This document shows, piece after piece, positions 1 through 12,357 of a stretch of 64,000 bases of DNA (position 1 is the stretch's first letter; each line of letters begins with the position of its first letter). A program made the translations under genes and the position numbers. This DNA is from the human T2T-CHM13v2.0 reference genome, Homo sapiens: NCBI RefSeq assembly GCF_009914755.1, contig NC_060935.1, one strand, 5' to 3'. The notes under the pieces are model-generated. The model was not told the DNA's origin. It was given only the letters and a program-made list of their open reading frames with translations, and searched no databases.

Positions 1-300
1 AGGGGGTGAGTGGCAGGGGTGGCCGGGACATGCCAGGCCACCCACCTGGCAAAGGGCAGCGCCGAGGGCGCCCCGCGCCTGCCAGCGCCCGGCCGGGCCC
101 GCCCTGCCCACCTCCCATCCCCCATCCGGGCGTGACACTTGACCGCGTCTGCCGGCCCCTCCCCTTGTCCGTCCCCTCCGCGCCGCTGGCGCGCGCCTTC
201 TGAATGCCAAGCATTGCCATAAACTCCGGGGACAAAAGCCTGGGTCACAAAAGCCCCCTCTAGAAGTTCACACCCTGAGGCTTCCCTGGCAAGGCTGGGG
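1..300. promoter_or_regulatory. Edge of a CpG island / promoter-like GC-rich element
   Basis: About 22 CpGs in the first 200 bp, a GC box (CCCGCCC, ~98-104), an NKX2-type CACTTGA (136-142) and GCCATAAA (~216-223). CpG density falls sharply after ~300. Confidence 0.65.
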
Positions 301-829
301 GCCGTTTGGCCCTTCCATGTGGACTGCAAAAACAGTGTTGGAATGCAGGACTCTGGGTATGTTCTCGAAAGTTGTTACAACCCCAACCCAGGGTTGACCT
401 CAAACACAGGAGGAAGGGGGAGGCTGGAGCCAGCCAAGCGAGCCAGCCGTCCCCCCACCAAGGCACGCAAGGAGGCCATTCATCTTCACTGCCTCTGCCG
501 AAAATATACGTCTACGGGAGAGCCAGGAATCTCTCTCCAAGGGTGACCGGGTTGGGGGTTTTGTTGTTCTTCAGCCCAGAAGAGAAAGAGAAAATGGTGT
601 CATTTTTTCAGGCAGCAAGTGATTCCTTTCAGGCCTTCAGCAACGACGCCCAGATGAGTCCACTCCCTGCCTCCTGCTCAGCCCACAGGCAATCTGGGCA
701 CAAGTGACACATCCCCTGGGCGCCTGTCCCTTCGCACTGGCCCAGGGAGTTCATGTGTCTGATCAGAGGGCGCAGTCCACCCTCACTATCTAGCTGGGAA
801 GTTTTTGTCATCTGCCTGTCCGAGAGGCA

Positions 830-1010
830 GCTGTGCAACCAGTGCCATCACTCAGAGCCAGTGCTCAGGTGCACCCCAGACTCAGGGTTTCACGCTATAA
901 TGTCACTGTCTTGAAATTCTTGATAGTTATTATCTTTGAACTTGTGTTTTAGAAGTGAAGTCTGAGGGGAAAATGGAGCTTGGAACTTCAGCTCCCAAGT
1001 GGCTTTCCCA
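830..1010. mobile_element. MER45B/C-like hAT-Tip100 DNA transposon relic
   Basis: TCTTGAAATTCTTGATAGTTATTATCTTTGAACTTGTGTTTTAGAAGTGAAGTC resembles the recalled MER45 core. Confidence 0.6.
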
Positions 1011-1169
1011 CCTTCCTGCCTCCTCAGGACAGATTATCAGCTGCCTGTCTGCCTGCTTCCTCTGTGCCCAGCCTCTCTCTTGACATCCAAAGGATCACAA
1101 CTCCCACTCAGTGACCACTATTATTCTCTGCCCCTGACCAAAAAGAGCAGGGCAGGGCTGGAGTCCTGA

Positions 1170-1320
1170 CCCTGGCCTGGACTCTGCAATGCAGAGATAC
1201 CTGCAAGTCTCATTTCCCCGCCTGTAGGATGGAGGTGATGCTGACAGCCTCTTGGAGCCATTGAGATAGGAAACGAGAGAGATTATGTGAGAAGACAGGG
1301 TCAGGAATGTTGAGTTGAGG
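1170..1320 (+). mobile_element. Diverged MIR SINE
   Basis: CTCATTTCCCCGCCTGTAGGATGGAGGTGATG resembles the MIR core. Confidence 0.4.
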
Positions 1321-4300
1321 GTGGCCTCAGGCCCCTGTCCTGCTCCTTTTTGCTGCTTGGGGTGCAGCTCAATTCCAGCCTCACTGTGGCCCCCAGGCCT
1401 CCTCTGGCCTTCCTCAGCCTTCCTCAGGAGGCCAGAATCCTCCCCTGATCACCCTCCCTGCATGTCCATTTCTACCTCCCCAGGAGGTCAGGGGAGCAGG
1501 ATCCCAGGTCTTCAGAGTCATTTCACAGATTTCACCAGAATAAAAGTCCCACTCATGTGGGGTTTACATTCTGGTGGGAAAGACAGATTTTCGAAACGTG
1601 GCCATTTTTCTTTGGGCCTTTGTTAGCTGCATCAGATGGAGGAGGTAGCCTGGTGGACTCCTTCAGTCCTCGCTCTTGGACACAGAGCTGTCTCCCAGCC
1701 TTTGTTGTTGTTTTCTCCAAGGATGTCGAACACAGGCTGAAAAGCTCCCTAAATCAATTTCACTTAAAATGGTGTCCACCCTCCTACTAAAGAGTGACAA
1801 AGGGTGTTGGTTAGGATTTTTATCTTGAAAACTGATTTGTAAAGTCATGAAAATTGAGCTTATTTGGTCTTACACTTAACAAAACTGTGGGTTCTAATTG
1901 TGGGCCTGGATGGGGACATATCTTACAAGTAGTTGATTCATTTATATAGATTTTCATGTTCTGGGCTTGCCTCCACCCTCTACCTAACCCTGGAACCTCA
2001 GACCCCAAGCTCCTGGGCACTTGGATTTTTCCCTGACAAATTCCCCGCCTGTGATATTCCATGGGCACCTCACCTTGTGTGCTTGTGTGAGGTCTCCTTG
2101 AGTACTCTTAGCAGTGGGGTTGCCAGGCCAAGGAGCCTGTCACTATTGTTTGTGACCAGCTCACCAGACGTGGTCAGGAAGGACAGTTCTGTGTCCTATG
2201 TCCTCTGCTCCTCACCCCCTCGCCACACACGGGGTGCTGTCAATCAGCCAGCGCCGCCTGCCAGCCCAGCGCACCTGTTGTGTGCCCCCACTCCCGCCTC
2301 CTCTAGTCCTTTGGGGGAAGAGTGGAGAGGAAAACAGGCCGAGACTGAGAGGGGTTTGTTGTCTCGTCGGGCGACAAGAGACACGTGGGAATTGGCTAGA
2401 GAAGCATGTGAGGCTGGGCGGACTCCAGGCCAGCCCCAGAGGCAGATGGGGGCTGCCAGGCAGGCTGGGAGGTGAGCCCAGGGCTGGCCTTGGGCACCAT
2501 GGCAGAATTCTGGGAGGGGGCTGCAGTCACGGCCAGCTCCCTTTCTGAATTGTTCTGTGGGTTGTGGAAGGCTTTGAAATTTGGCGCCTGCACCTTGTCA
2601 CCTTCTTGGGACTCAAGGCTGCAGGGGTGGGTGTGAGACAGAGAGCCTGGGCACCTGGTGGCCACTCCCTGAGCTCCCCACGTGACAGAGGGCAGGTCCC
2701 ATTCTCCTTTTGTGTCTGGTTTGCCTCATCTGTACATGGTAGGGGCTGAGCTAGCGTTCCTTGCACTCCCTCCAGCTTTACTCTTTGGGGTTCAAAAGGT
2801 TCCCTTGCAAGCCTGTGCACCCGAGAGCACGCACGCACACACGCACTCACAGCTGAAGAGAATTAGGCTCAAAACGTCCACTCGGCTTTTCTCTTGATTC
2901 CAAGGTATTTAGAGTGGGGGTGGGGGATTAGGGGAGGAAGTTGCTGAGCTAATTCTTTTGCATTTGCCAGCACAGAAGTGCAGATGGGGCCCAGAGCCCC
3001 GGCGGTGTCCCAGGGGAAACACCAGTCCTCTTCTGCAGTGCAAGGCAGGAGAAAGAACTGCTGTGGGAGCCCCTCACCCAAGCAGCAGGATGTGTGGCAG
3101 GCCCTGGCCAAGGAGTTCTGTGGGCCTCAATTCTCTCCCTACCCTGCCCCCACCCTCGGAGTCTAAGGGTGGAACCATCTTCAGACCCAGCCAGGTTCCC
3201 AAGTTGCTGCTTCCCTCGGAAGCTGAGAGGCCCAGGGCCACGTGGCAGCCTCCGCAGTCCATCTGAAGAAAGGCCCCACCCCACGCTGCTCTCAGGAGTG
3301 GACAGGAACGTGGGGGAGTGGGGGTGGTTAGGACCTCAGGGTTATCCCTGAGTGGCTGATGCATTGCCAGGAAGCCTGCTCTTAAGGTCAGCCCTTGCAG
3401 TTGGCAGTCTGTGGCCCCTCCTCGGTCCCCTTCAGTGAGGCTTTTTGCATGCATTGGTCCACACACCCACCACTGCAGCTGTCCTGGGTAAGGGCTCTGT
3501 GATCCTGCAACGCCCACCTTCTTCCTTCACTGGTCATAGGTTTCTGCTGACCCTGCAGCCCATGTCCTTGTTCCAGAATCTTCCGCCTCCTGTGGCCTGT
3601 GTGTCGCCTGCACCTGCATTCCACTGGGGCTTCCCTTCCAACTTGATGGTTTCAGGTACATGGGCCTGTTGTCAACTCTGTTCCCACTGAGCCCATGAGA
3701 CGGCTATTCCTTTGAGACATGTTTACTTGACTTCCTGCCCCAGGTCTCTGCTGTACCCACAGGTGGCATGGACTCATGTCCCCACCCAAATCACATCCCC
3801 ACCAGGATGGGCAGGCTCTGGGTCCTTTTGGGCCTTGTAGGCTGTCGTCAGAGGGGAGGAACAGTGGGGAGTCTCTAGGAGGTTTTCGGCAAGGCAGTGC
3901 CAAGGATCAGATCTCCCTTCTAGAAAGGTCACTCTGGCTGCTGAACAGAGAGAGAACTGAAGAGAGGCAGCAGGGTGAGGGGGAAGACTACGGGGGACTT
4001 GCCGTCACCCAGTGAGAGAGATGGGAGGGTTGGAGAAAGCGAGCATCTGTGGAGGTGTGAGAAGTGCCAGGCTGGGCTCCCTCAGGCGGCAACTTTGTCT
4101 AGACTTCTGGCTGAGGACAGGGAGGAGCTTAAGGTAGCCCTCAGCATCCAACAGGGGTAGCAGCCTAGTGCATGTATGACCACGAGCGAGCCCAAGGGAA
4201 GGACGGGTTTGGAGGGTTTCTGAAGATCTGGCTTGGATATAGTGGGGTCAGACCCTATCCCTCCACCCAGCTGCAGTGACAACTCTGTGGCTCTGGGGCA

Positions 4301-5429
4301 CTGTCACCCTGTGGCATGGCCTGTTTGTGGTGTCCATTGCCGTCTTAGCTACCCAAGGCCCAGGGAGAGGCACACGGCTCAGGCTGACAGAGTGTGACAG
4401 ATGCAGGTCCTGCTCCCTCAGGGAATCCCCCATTCCAGGACAGTCTCAGCCCCCATGCAAGAGCAGCCTCAGCATGGGCTGCTCGGGGAATGCCCTCAGA
4501 CAACAGTGCTGTGTTAGGGTCACTCCCAGCCTGTCCTCACAGGCAGATTTGCGTTCCTGCATTTGGGGTCAGTGATAACGTGAGGCCAGACGGGTGGGGG
4601 GTCTGGAGTTCAGGCGGTCTCCATGAGTGGCAGCACGGGGTGTGGGCCAGTTCCCATTGGGAGGGCAGCTGTGCTGTGTGTGTATATGTTTGGGCATTGC
4701 TCAGCCAAGCCTTGATTAGCCGAACCCAACTCTCCCAGAGCCCCCACTTCGACGCGGGTTAACTCAGCAGCTGTCTCCTGAGCACCTGCTTGGGGCCTGG
4801 TTGGGTGCCAGGCACGGGGGGGTGGGAAAATGAAGTGAACTGGGCCTGCCAGACCCATTGCCTGCAGGGCCTTTTCTACCACCACCTTCCAGAGGCAGCT
4901 TCCTCCCACAAAGCATCCCAAGCTCGGGGTGTGTGCCCCCCTTCCTGTGCAGGCCTGCCACTTCCACAGCTGCCCCCCAGCCAAGAACAATCCCCTCAGC
5001 CTGCCAGGGAAAAGTGGGCCCAGGCCTTTGAGGACATTGCCACAGCCAGGGCCAACCTGGGAAGTTGTTTCTGATTATCTCTTGAGTCCTGGGAGAGGTG
5101 TTAACAAAAAGCCCCATCCCTGTCGCTCTGGTGGTTATAGTTTGTTTTACGCATTAAAAGGCCCTGGATCGGTATTTGTAGTGAGAACAGATATTTGCAG
5201 AGAGCCTACTCCATTCCCAGCTCTGTACTTGTAGAGGGTGAGGCTGCTGAAATGAAACCCACCAGGCCTCTGGTGAGCAGTGGGTGCAGAGTTATTGGCA
5301 GTAAAGGTCCTTAGAGAACCTGAAGAGAATATTCTAATCAAGCTAGGCAGGCTCAGAAGATGGATGTAATTTGGAGGAAAAAGACAAGAATGGGAAAGAA
5401 AGGGAAACCTACCTGGGGTACCGTGTGGC

Positions 5430-5938
5430 TGTGGTGGTTTTAGTATGTGTCTACAAGGCCTTTGACAATCCGTTCTTCCGGAAGTGGCACTTAATTCCCC
5501 TCTAATTAAGTTTTGGCTGGACTGTGATTTGCTTCTTTCAAATAAAATATGGAAGAAGTGACAGAGCATGACTTCCAAGACTAGGCCTTGCAGCCTCCCT
5601 GCCCTCTCACTGGGATCACTGATTCTGGGGGAAGCCAGCCACCATGGTGTGAGGACACTAGCAGCCCTCTGGAGAGGTCCTGTGGTGAGGAACTGAGGCC
5701 TCCTATAAATGGCCTCCTGTATGAGCTTGGGAGTGGATCCTCCAGCCCCAGTCAAACCTCTGATGAGACAGCAGCCCTGGTCTACACCTTGACTGCAGCC
5801 TCACAGGAGATCAGAACCACCCAGCCAAGCCACCCCCAGATCCCTCGCCCACAGAAACCATGTGGGATGATAAATGTGGGCTGCTTTAGGAATGAAGCTG
5901 TAGGGTGACTTGTCACACAGCAAAGGCCAGCTGACAGA
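5430..5938 (+). mobile_element. MaLR LTR, MLT1F-like
   Basis: Starts TGTGGTGG. Contains GGGGAAGCCAGCCACCATG, GAGGAACTGAGGCCTCC, CCCCAGTCAAACCT and CCCACAGAAACC...ATAAATGT, all typical of MLT1F. Confidence 0.8.
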
Positions 5939-6974
5939 GCCACCCACTCTCACCAGGCTTAGTCTGACCCTTGTCAGGGGCAGCAAAGTGGGCTCAGCCT
6001 ACCTGTTGGCTTTTACTGATGGTTGGTGGCTCCCAGGAGAAAGAGTACTGTGCCCAGGTAGCATGCCCACCCCAGGCATACATAGCATGTCTTTGCTCTT
6101 GCAGAGTTTGAACTCTGCCCACCAGACCAGTGGCTCTTAACCTAGGCTCCTCGTGAGAACCACTCCCCGGTGCAGGTCCCACTCCCAGAAAGGAGAGCGG
6201 TTTTGACTCCTGCAGTCTCTAAGGCAGCAGAGAGCTGTGGCATTTTGGGTGGAGTGGGTGGAGAGGGTGCGTGATGGGTGGGAGAAACTGACAGTTGGAA
6301 TGTGATTTAGGAAATGTAACGGGTGACCTTTTCTCCCCAAGAGAACACCAAATCCATTTCCTTGGGACATGGATAAGGCTAAGGGCAGCACCCACAAGGA
6401 CCAGGAGCGGGGTTCTCAACAGCCACTTCTGTCCCAAATTTGTTTTCTATGCCCAGGAATGTCAAAGGGCCCTCTTGGGGTCAGCCACAGAGAAGGGGGA
6501 GCAGGTGTGATGGGGTGGTGATGGGATGCTGTAGGTGGATGAGAAGTAGCACCAAAGCTCACTACTGTTTTTCTCTTATCCCTGGGTCTTGGGGACAGGC
6601 CTGTGCCAGAAGCAGGGATTGCTTCTGCTGTAACGTCCACTGGAATAAAAAGCAGACATTGCAGTGTTGAGAAATTCCTTTAGCCCTCAGGAGGCAAGTT
6701 ACAGAACAGGACAGAACTGCCCTAGTCAGGCCCTGCCTGGGCACAGAGCTGCCACCACTCTTCCAAGAGCCCTCCCTTTTGGGGACTGTGCCCCCACCCC
6801 ACCCCCAGGCAGCCCCTGCCTCCAACCTTACTCCTAGCTGGTGTTCTGGGCCGTCAGTTCATAGGTCCAGCTCTGAGACCTGCCAGGCTCTCAGAGCAGC
6901 CTGGACCCAGGAGAGCGATAAATGGATGTGCACTGGCACACTCCAAGCAGGGAGGCTTTGTTTATCTCCCAATT

Positions 6975-7140
6975 AGTCCTGTAGCACTTAGTATGTCAGG
7001 CATGGTTCTGAGGGCTTCATCCACACTACCACCCACTGTAGAGATGGGAAAACTGAGGCATAGCAAGGTCAAGGGATTGGGCAGGCCTTAGGATGTAGAA
7101 GCTACTAGAGCTGGGCTGCACCTGGGTATCCTGGAGCCAG
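6975..7140 (-). mobile_element. MIR SINE
   Basis: AGATGGGAAAACTGAGGCATAG is the reverse MIR core. Confidence 0.6.
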
Positions 7141-8794
7141 GGTCTATCCCTCCCCCTCTGCCACACGGCCTTGGTGTGAGGGACACAGCCCCTGTTTGCA
7201 GAGGCAGCTCCTTTCATGGAGCATGGGGGACAGGGCAGGTGTGCCTTGGCCCACATTTGGCTTCTTGAGCGCCGAACCTGCATGTGCCACCCCCCAGAGT
7301 TCCTGTGTGTGGCCGGGTGAATGTGCACAGGTCGAGGAGGTGGTGTGGGCAGCCAACCTCCCAAAGCACCAGGCCCCTCAGGGCTGTTCCCCTGTTTCCC
7401 AAGATTTCCCAAACAGATGGCCAAGATCGGGGGCCCCCAGGAGACCACGCTCATGAATTGTTCCACTTGAACACAACATTGTTTTTTATGGAACTGGGCT
7501 GGGGAGTCCTCTGTGACTCTTTCCTCAGTAGGGAGAGAGCTCCTGAACCCACCGTGCACACTTCTTCAGCAGCCGCTTTGGAGACTTGACTTTGACACTC
7601 TTCTCAACAGGATCCCTTTCCTCACTGGTGTCTGCGGCCCGGGCCGCTGGCATGGCTGAGCGGAACTTGGCAAAGCAGTGAATTGGGAGCTCACTTAGGC
7701 ACGTGGTCCTGAGGCTCCTTGCTGGCGTTTCTGTTTTGCTCCCTGCTCCTTTCTTTTCTTTGTAACTTCTCTTCAGGGCACCCACAGCCCCCGAGGAGGG
7801 TGGGGCTGAGGAGGCTGGAGGTGGAGCCCAGGCTTATCCCCCTGGTGGGCCAGGCAGGCAGCAAAGGGACCAACCCCAAGAGGGTCGGTGCGGAGACCCC
7901 TGGGGTGCACAGGGTGGGCAGTGACCAGAAGACTCACCCCAGGGCCTCTAATTTTGACCCTTGATCTGGGTCTAAGCACCTCTGAGCAAGAGGTGAGGGT
8001 TTCAGGCAGCCTCAGCTCTTAGGAGGCAGAAGATACAGTTTATACGCGGGTTGGTGGGGGCGGTCCATTTCCATCTCCCTGTTCTCTCCCCAGGCCAATG
8101 GCCAGGGCTAAAGCCCTCCTTGGGACATGTCAATAGCAGCAAACATTTTAAAGATGTGACATGTTCGAAGCCTGGCAACAGGGGCAGCTCCAGCTGTGCG
8201 AGAACATGGCTGGATTTACGTCTGCGGCAAAGCACCCGGTCACCTTTCTCTGCTTGGAGTGCAATCTTTTTTTGGAAGCCCTGCTGGAAAATCTGAATCT
8301 TGTGAGCCATCAGCTGTTTATAATCAGAGAAGCATATGTTTAAAAGAGCTGAGGGGCCTTATAAACTCCGTGTGCAAATTACCTTTGGGGCTGCCTGCTC
8401 CACCGCCCCTCCCTGAGGCTGCCATCACTGGCGAGCGGCTGAGTGTGCTGCACAGAATTCGCTGTAACCCTGTTGTGGCACGGGGTCTGTTTAGCTTTAG
8501 TCACGTCAGCTTGGCCCTGGAGCGTGGGAGCCTCCATCTCTCCTGCACGGCTTCCAGGCCCCCCCCCACCCCCACCCCCCAGCCCCAGCTGCAGAGGACT
8601 TCTGGCTCCCTGTTCCTGGGCTTTCAGCATGAGAAATATCAAACCTGGGAACCGTGCAGCAAGAAGCGGGCAGAGGCTCAGACGCCAGGACCTGCGGGGG
8701 CTTCCTGGAATTGGGAGCCACTCTCGGTGTCTGCTCTGGTGCTACGGTCCTGCAGGGCTGTTTTTTTTTATTTTGTATTTTTTGGTGTTCATTT

Positions 8795-10530
8795 TTGTTT
8801 TTGTAACAGCTTTATTAAGATAAAATTCACATACCATACAATTCACCCATTTAAAGTGTACGATTCAACGGTTTTTAGTACGTTCAGAGTTGCGCAACCA
8901 TCACACTATCTAGTTCCAGAACATTTTCAGTGCCCCTAAAAGCAACCCTGCATTCTTTAGCCGTCACTCCCCACTTCCCTTCTCTCATTCCCCAGCCCCA
9001 GTCAGCCACGGCTCTGCTTTCTATCTCCACGGGTTTGCCTGTTCTGAACATTTCACATAGCTGGAATCACACACTAAGCAGACTTTTGTGGCTGACTTCT
9101 TTCACTTAGCCTAAGGTTTTCGAGGTTCATTCATGCTGTAGCATGTATCAGTGTTTCATTCCTTTTTAGGGCCAAATAATATGCCATTTTATGGATATTA
9201 TCACATTTTATTTATCCATTCATTCATTGAACACTTGGGCCATTTTTACTTTTTAGCTATTAGTGAATAATACTGCCAGGAACATTTGGGTACGAGTTTT
9301 TATTGTGGACATAGATTTTCATTTTTCTTGAGTATTCACAGAGGAGTAGAAACGCTGGGTCATATGGTGACTCCATATTTAACCTTTTGAGGATCTGCCA
9401 GACTGTTTTCCAATGTGGCAGCACCATTTTGCATTCCCACCAGTAGTGTATGTGAGTTCCTATCTCTCCACATTCTCACCAACACTTGTTACTGTCTGCC
9501 GTTTTCATTTTAGCCATCTTAGTGGGTGTGAAGTGATATCTCCTAGTGGTTTTGATTTGCATTTCCCCGATGACTAATGATGTTGAGCATCTTATTAGCC
9601 ATTTGTATCTCTTCTTTGAAGAAGTATGTATTCAAATTCTTTGCCCAAATTTTAATTGGGTTGTGTTTTTATTATTTAGTAGAGTTCTTTATAGTCTAGA
9701 TATAAGTTTTTTATATTCTAGATTCAAGTTCCTTATCAGATATATTTTCTTCCTTTTTGTGGGTTGTCTTTTCACTTTCTTGATCATGTCCTTTGACTCA
9801 CAAAGGTTTTTAATTTTGATGAAGTTCAATTTATCTGTTTCTTTCTTTGGATGCTTATGTTTTTGGTGTCATAACTAAATAACAACATGTAATCTGAGGT
9901 CAAAAAGATTTACCCCTATATTTTCTTCCAAGAATTTTATAGTTTTGGCTCTTACACTTAGGTCTTTCATCCGCTTTCAGTTAGTTTAACATATGGTGTG
10001 AGGTAGGGGTCTAACTTTATTCTTTGTCATGTGGATAGACAGTTATCCCAACACCATTTGTTGAAAAGACTCTTCTTTCCTCAGTGAAGGATGTTGATAC
10101 CCTTGTCAAAAATCAGTTGACAGTAAATATGAAGGTTTATTTCTGGATTCTCAATTTTATTCTATTGATTTGTGTGTCTATCCTTATGCCAGTACTATAT
10201 CGTCTTGATTGTTATAGCTTTGTAGTGAGTTTTAAAATTGGAAAGTGGGTTTTCCAACTTTGTTTTTCTTTTTCAAGATTATTTTGGCTATTCTGGGTCC
10301 CTTGAATTTCCATATGAATTTTACAATCAGCTTGTCAATTTCTGCAAAGAAACCATCTGGGATACCAATAGGGATTGCATTGAATCTGTAGGTCAACTTG
10401 GGGAGTATTGCCATCTTAACAATGTGTTAAGTCTTCCAATCCAAGAGCATGTATTTCATTGTATTTGGATTTTTAAAAATTTGGTTCAAGAATATCTCAT
10501 AGTTTTCAGTATAGTTTTTGCACTACTTTG
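8795..10530 (-). mobile_element. LINE-1, L1MB-type 3' end plus decayed ORF2
   Basis: ACAGCTTTATTAAGATAAAATTCACATACCATACAATTCACCCATTTAAAGTGTAC is an L1MB 3' end in reverse. ORF 10232-10414(-) gives [16 protein letters not shown]...KFIWK...[15 protein letters not shown], an L1 ORF2p segment. Confidence 0.92.
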
Positions 10531-11524
10531 TAAATCCTACAGGGTTTTGTGTGACAGTGACTGGCAGCCATACTTCCTCCCCATGTACTGGGTTCTGCCC
10601 ATCCTCCAGCCCATCTCCCTTGGAGTCTCTCCCCGACTCCAGGGCTCATGGCCCCTTTCAGGCCCTTGGCTTCTGGTAATGCTTCTTTGTGGTCTCCTGT
10701 CTTGCGCACTAATTGTTGCCCAAGTCTTTGCACATCCTGCATCCTGCCTGGAGTGTTCTCTCTCCTCCCTTTTCTGTGAGCCGTCATGAAACACCTCCTG
10801 TGGGCTTACTGAGCCACCATCTTATCCAAGTGCTCTGTGGCAGCTTGTGGAATCTTCTCAACCTTGGGTGTCGCCTGCCCAGAACGGGGCTCTCGGAGGC
10901 CAGGGTGACTCCACTATCCCACCAACCTCTGTACCCCACGGCCATGCACAAGGCACAGGGTCCCACAGAGGGTCTGTGGGTACAATGGAGCTATTTCCCA
11001 GTCAGACCTCACAATCGGTAAACTGTGCTTAAACTAAGTGAGGTATCTTAAGGCTTTACCACCAGGGAAATAGAACTTTGGCAGCTTACAAAGGAGTTTT
11101 ATTTTTCAAATTTCCTTTCAACTCGAGGGTCTCAAATCCACTCAGCAGACTTAGGAGGGAGGGTCCTGGCACTGCTTCTGAGGAGGGTGCCTTTGAGGGG
11201 AGGCAGAGTTGGCTCACGGGAAAGGCTGGCCCTGAGGCATGGCAGGTGGCAGGTGGCTGGGGCTGCTCACCTGCTCACCTGTGTCCATCCCCTTGGGCAG
11301 CACACAGCCAAGTCCTTTTGGACCAAATTGGATCACTGCCAAATGGTATGCCCAGCCTTGCTGAATCTCTACCCATCTGTAAAAAGGAGAAATCGTTTCT
11401 GTGCTCCCTGCCTCCCAGAGAGCCAGGGAGAGGCCAGGATCCAAGGAGGTAACGGCTTTCTAGCCCTTTGGAAACCTGAGTGGGGTTTTGTGCTTGCATC
11501 TCATTTAAGCCATGAACACTTGCC

Positions 11525-11670
11525 GGCTCTCTATTCATCCACACCCCCTGCATTTATTGAGTGCCTTCTGGGTGCCCGGCCCTCTACTAGATGTGGGAGT
11601 TACCGTGTGGGATGGACTGACACTGGTGACCCCTGCCTGGGGGAAGCAGACTCTAGCTGGGCAGCCTGGC
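11525..11670 (-). mobile_element. L2 LINE 3' end
   Basis: CATTTATTGAGTGCCTTCTGGGTGCCCGGC is the reverse L2 3' end. Confidence 0.65.
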
Positions 11671-12311
11671 CTCAGGAGATCATCACAACCCTCGCTGGGG
11701 CTGGGGTGCAAATGGGGCAGGAACAGGAGTCCGGCCTGGGGGATGTTAGACTCACCAGCCATCCCCTGGAAAGCTGTGGGGAGACTCAGAGCAGAGCCCC
11801 CAGTAATCATAGTGAGGTATTTAGGGATAGAGTGGAGATCTCGCCCACATATTCCCGAAGCCACCAGGCCAGACACCGCCCCAGCTGAATGCATGCTGGC
11901 GGCCCAAATGTTAGACACTCTTCTCTCTTAGGTGGTTTGAGGAGACTTAGGGGCTTCCATATTCCCCTTGGAACATGAAGAAGGGGCTGGCTAAGGCCCC
12001 CATCCCTGCTCAGGCCTACAGGAGAGCCCTGTGGACACTCCAGCCTCAGCCTTCCTTGCCATCCGCAACCACACCAGTGGCTGGAAAGCCAGAGTCCCCT
12101 GGCTCCTGCACTTTTTCTGCACGGGACTCCCTCACAGCCTCTGGGTTGGGAGCACACATGGCATCTCCTAGAGAGTTTGGGGGCTGGACACAGGGAGGAG
12201 GCAGCATGGGAAATGGAAGGACTGCAGCCCCCACCTCCCTCCAAGGCAGTTGTCAGAGCAAGATCAGCTCCCTGGAAGACACCCGGGTTGTAAACAGGGT
12301 GGGGCAGGGGT

Positions 12312-12357
12312 CCTGGTAAGTATGAGGAACCAGAGACCTGGTAAGTATGAGGAACCA
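12312..12357 (+). repeat. Direct repeat, 2 x 21 bp, period 25
   Basis: CCTGGTAAGTATGAGGAACCA occurs at 12312-12332 and 12337-12357. Confidence 0.95.
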
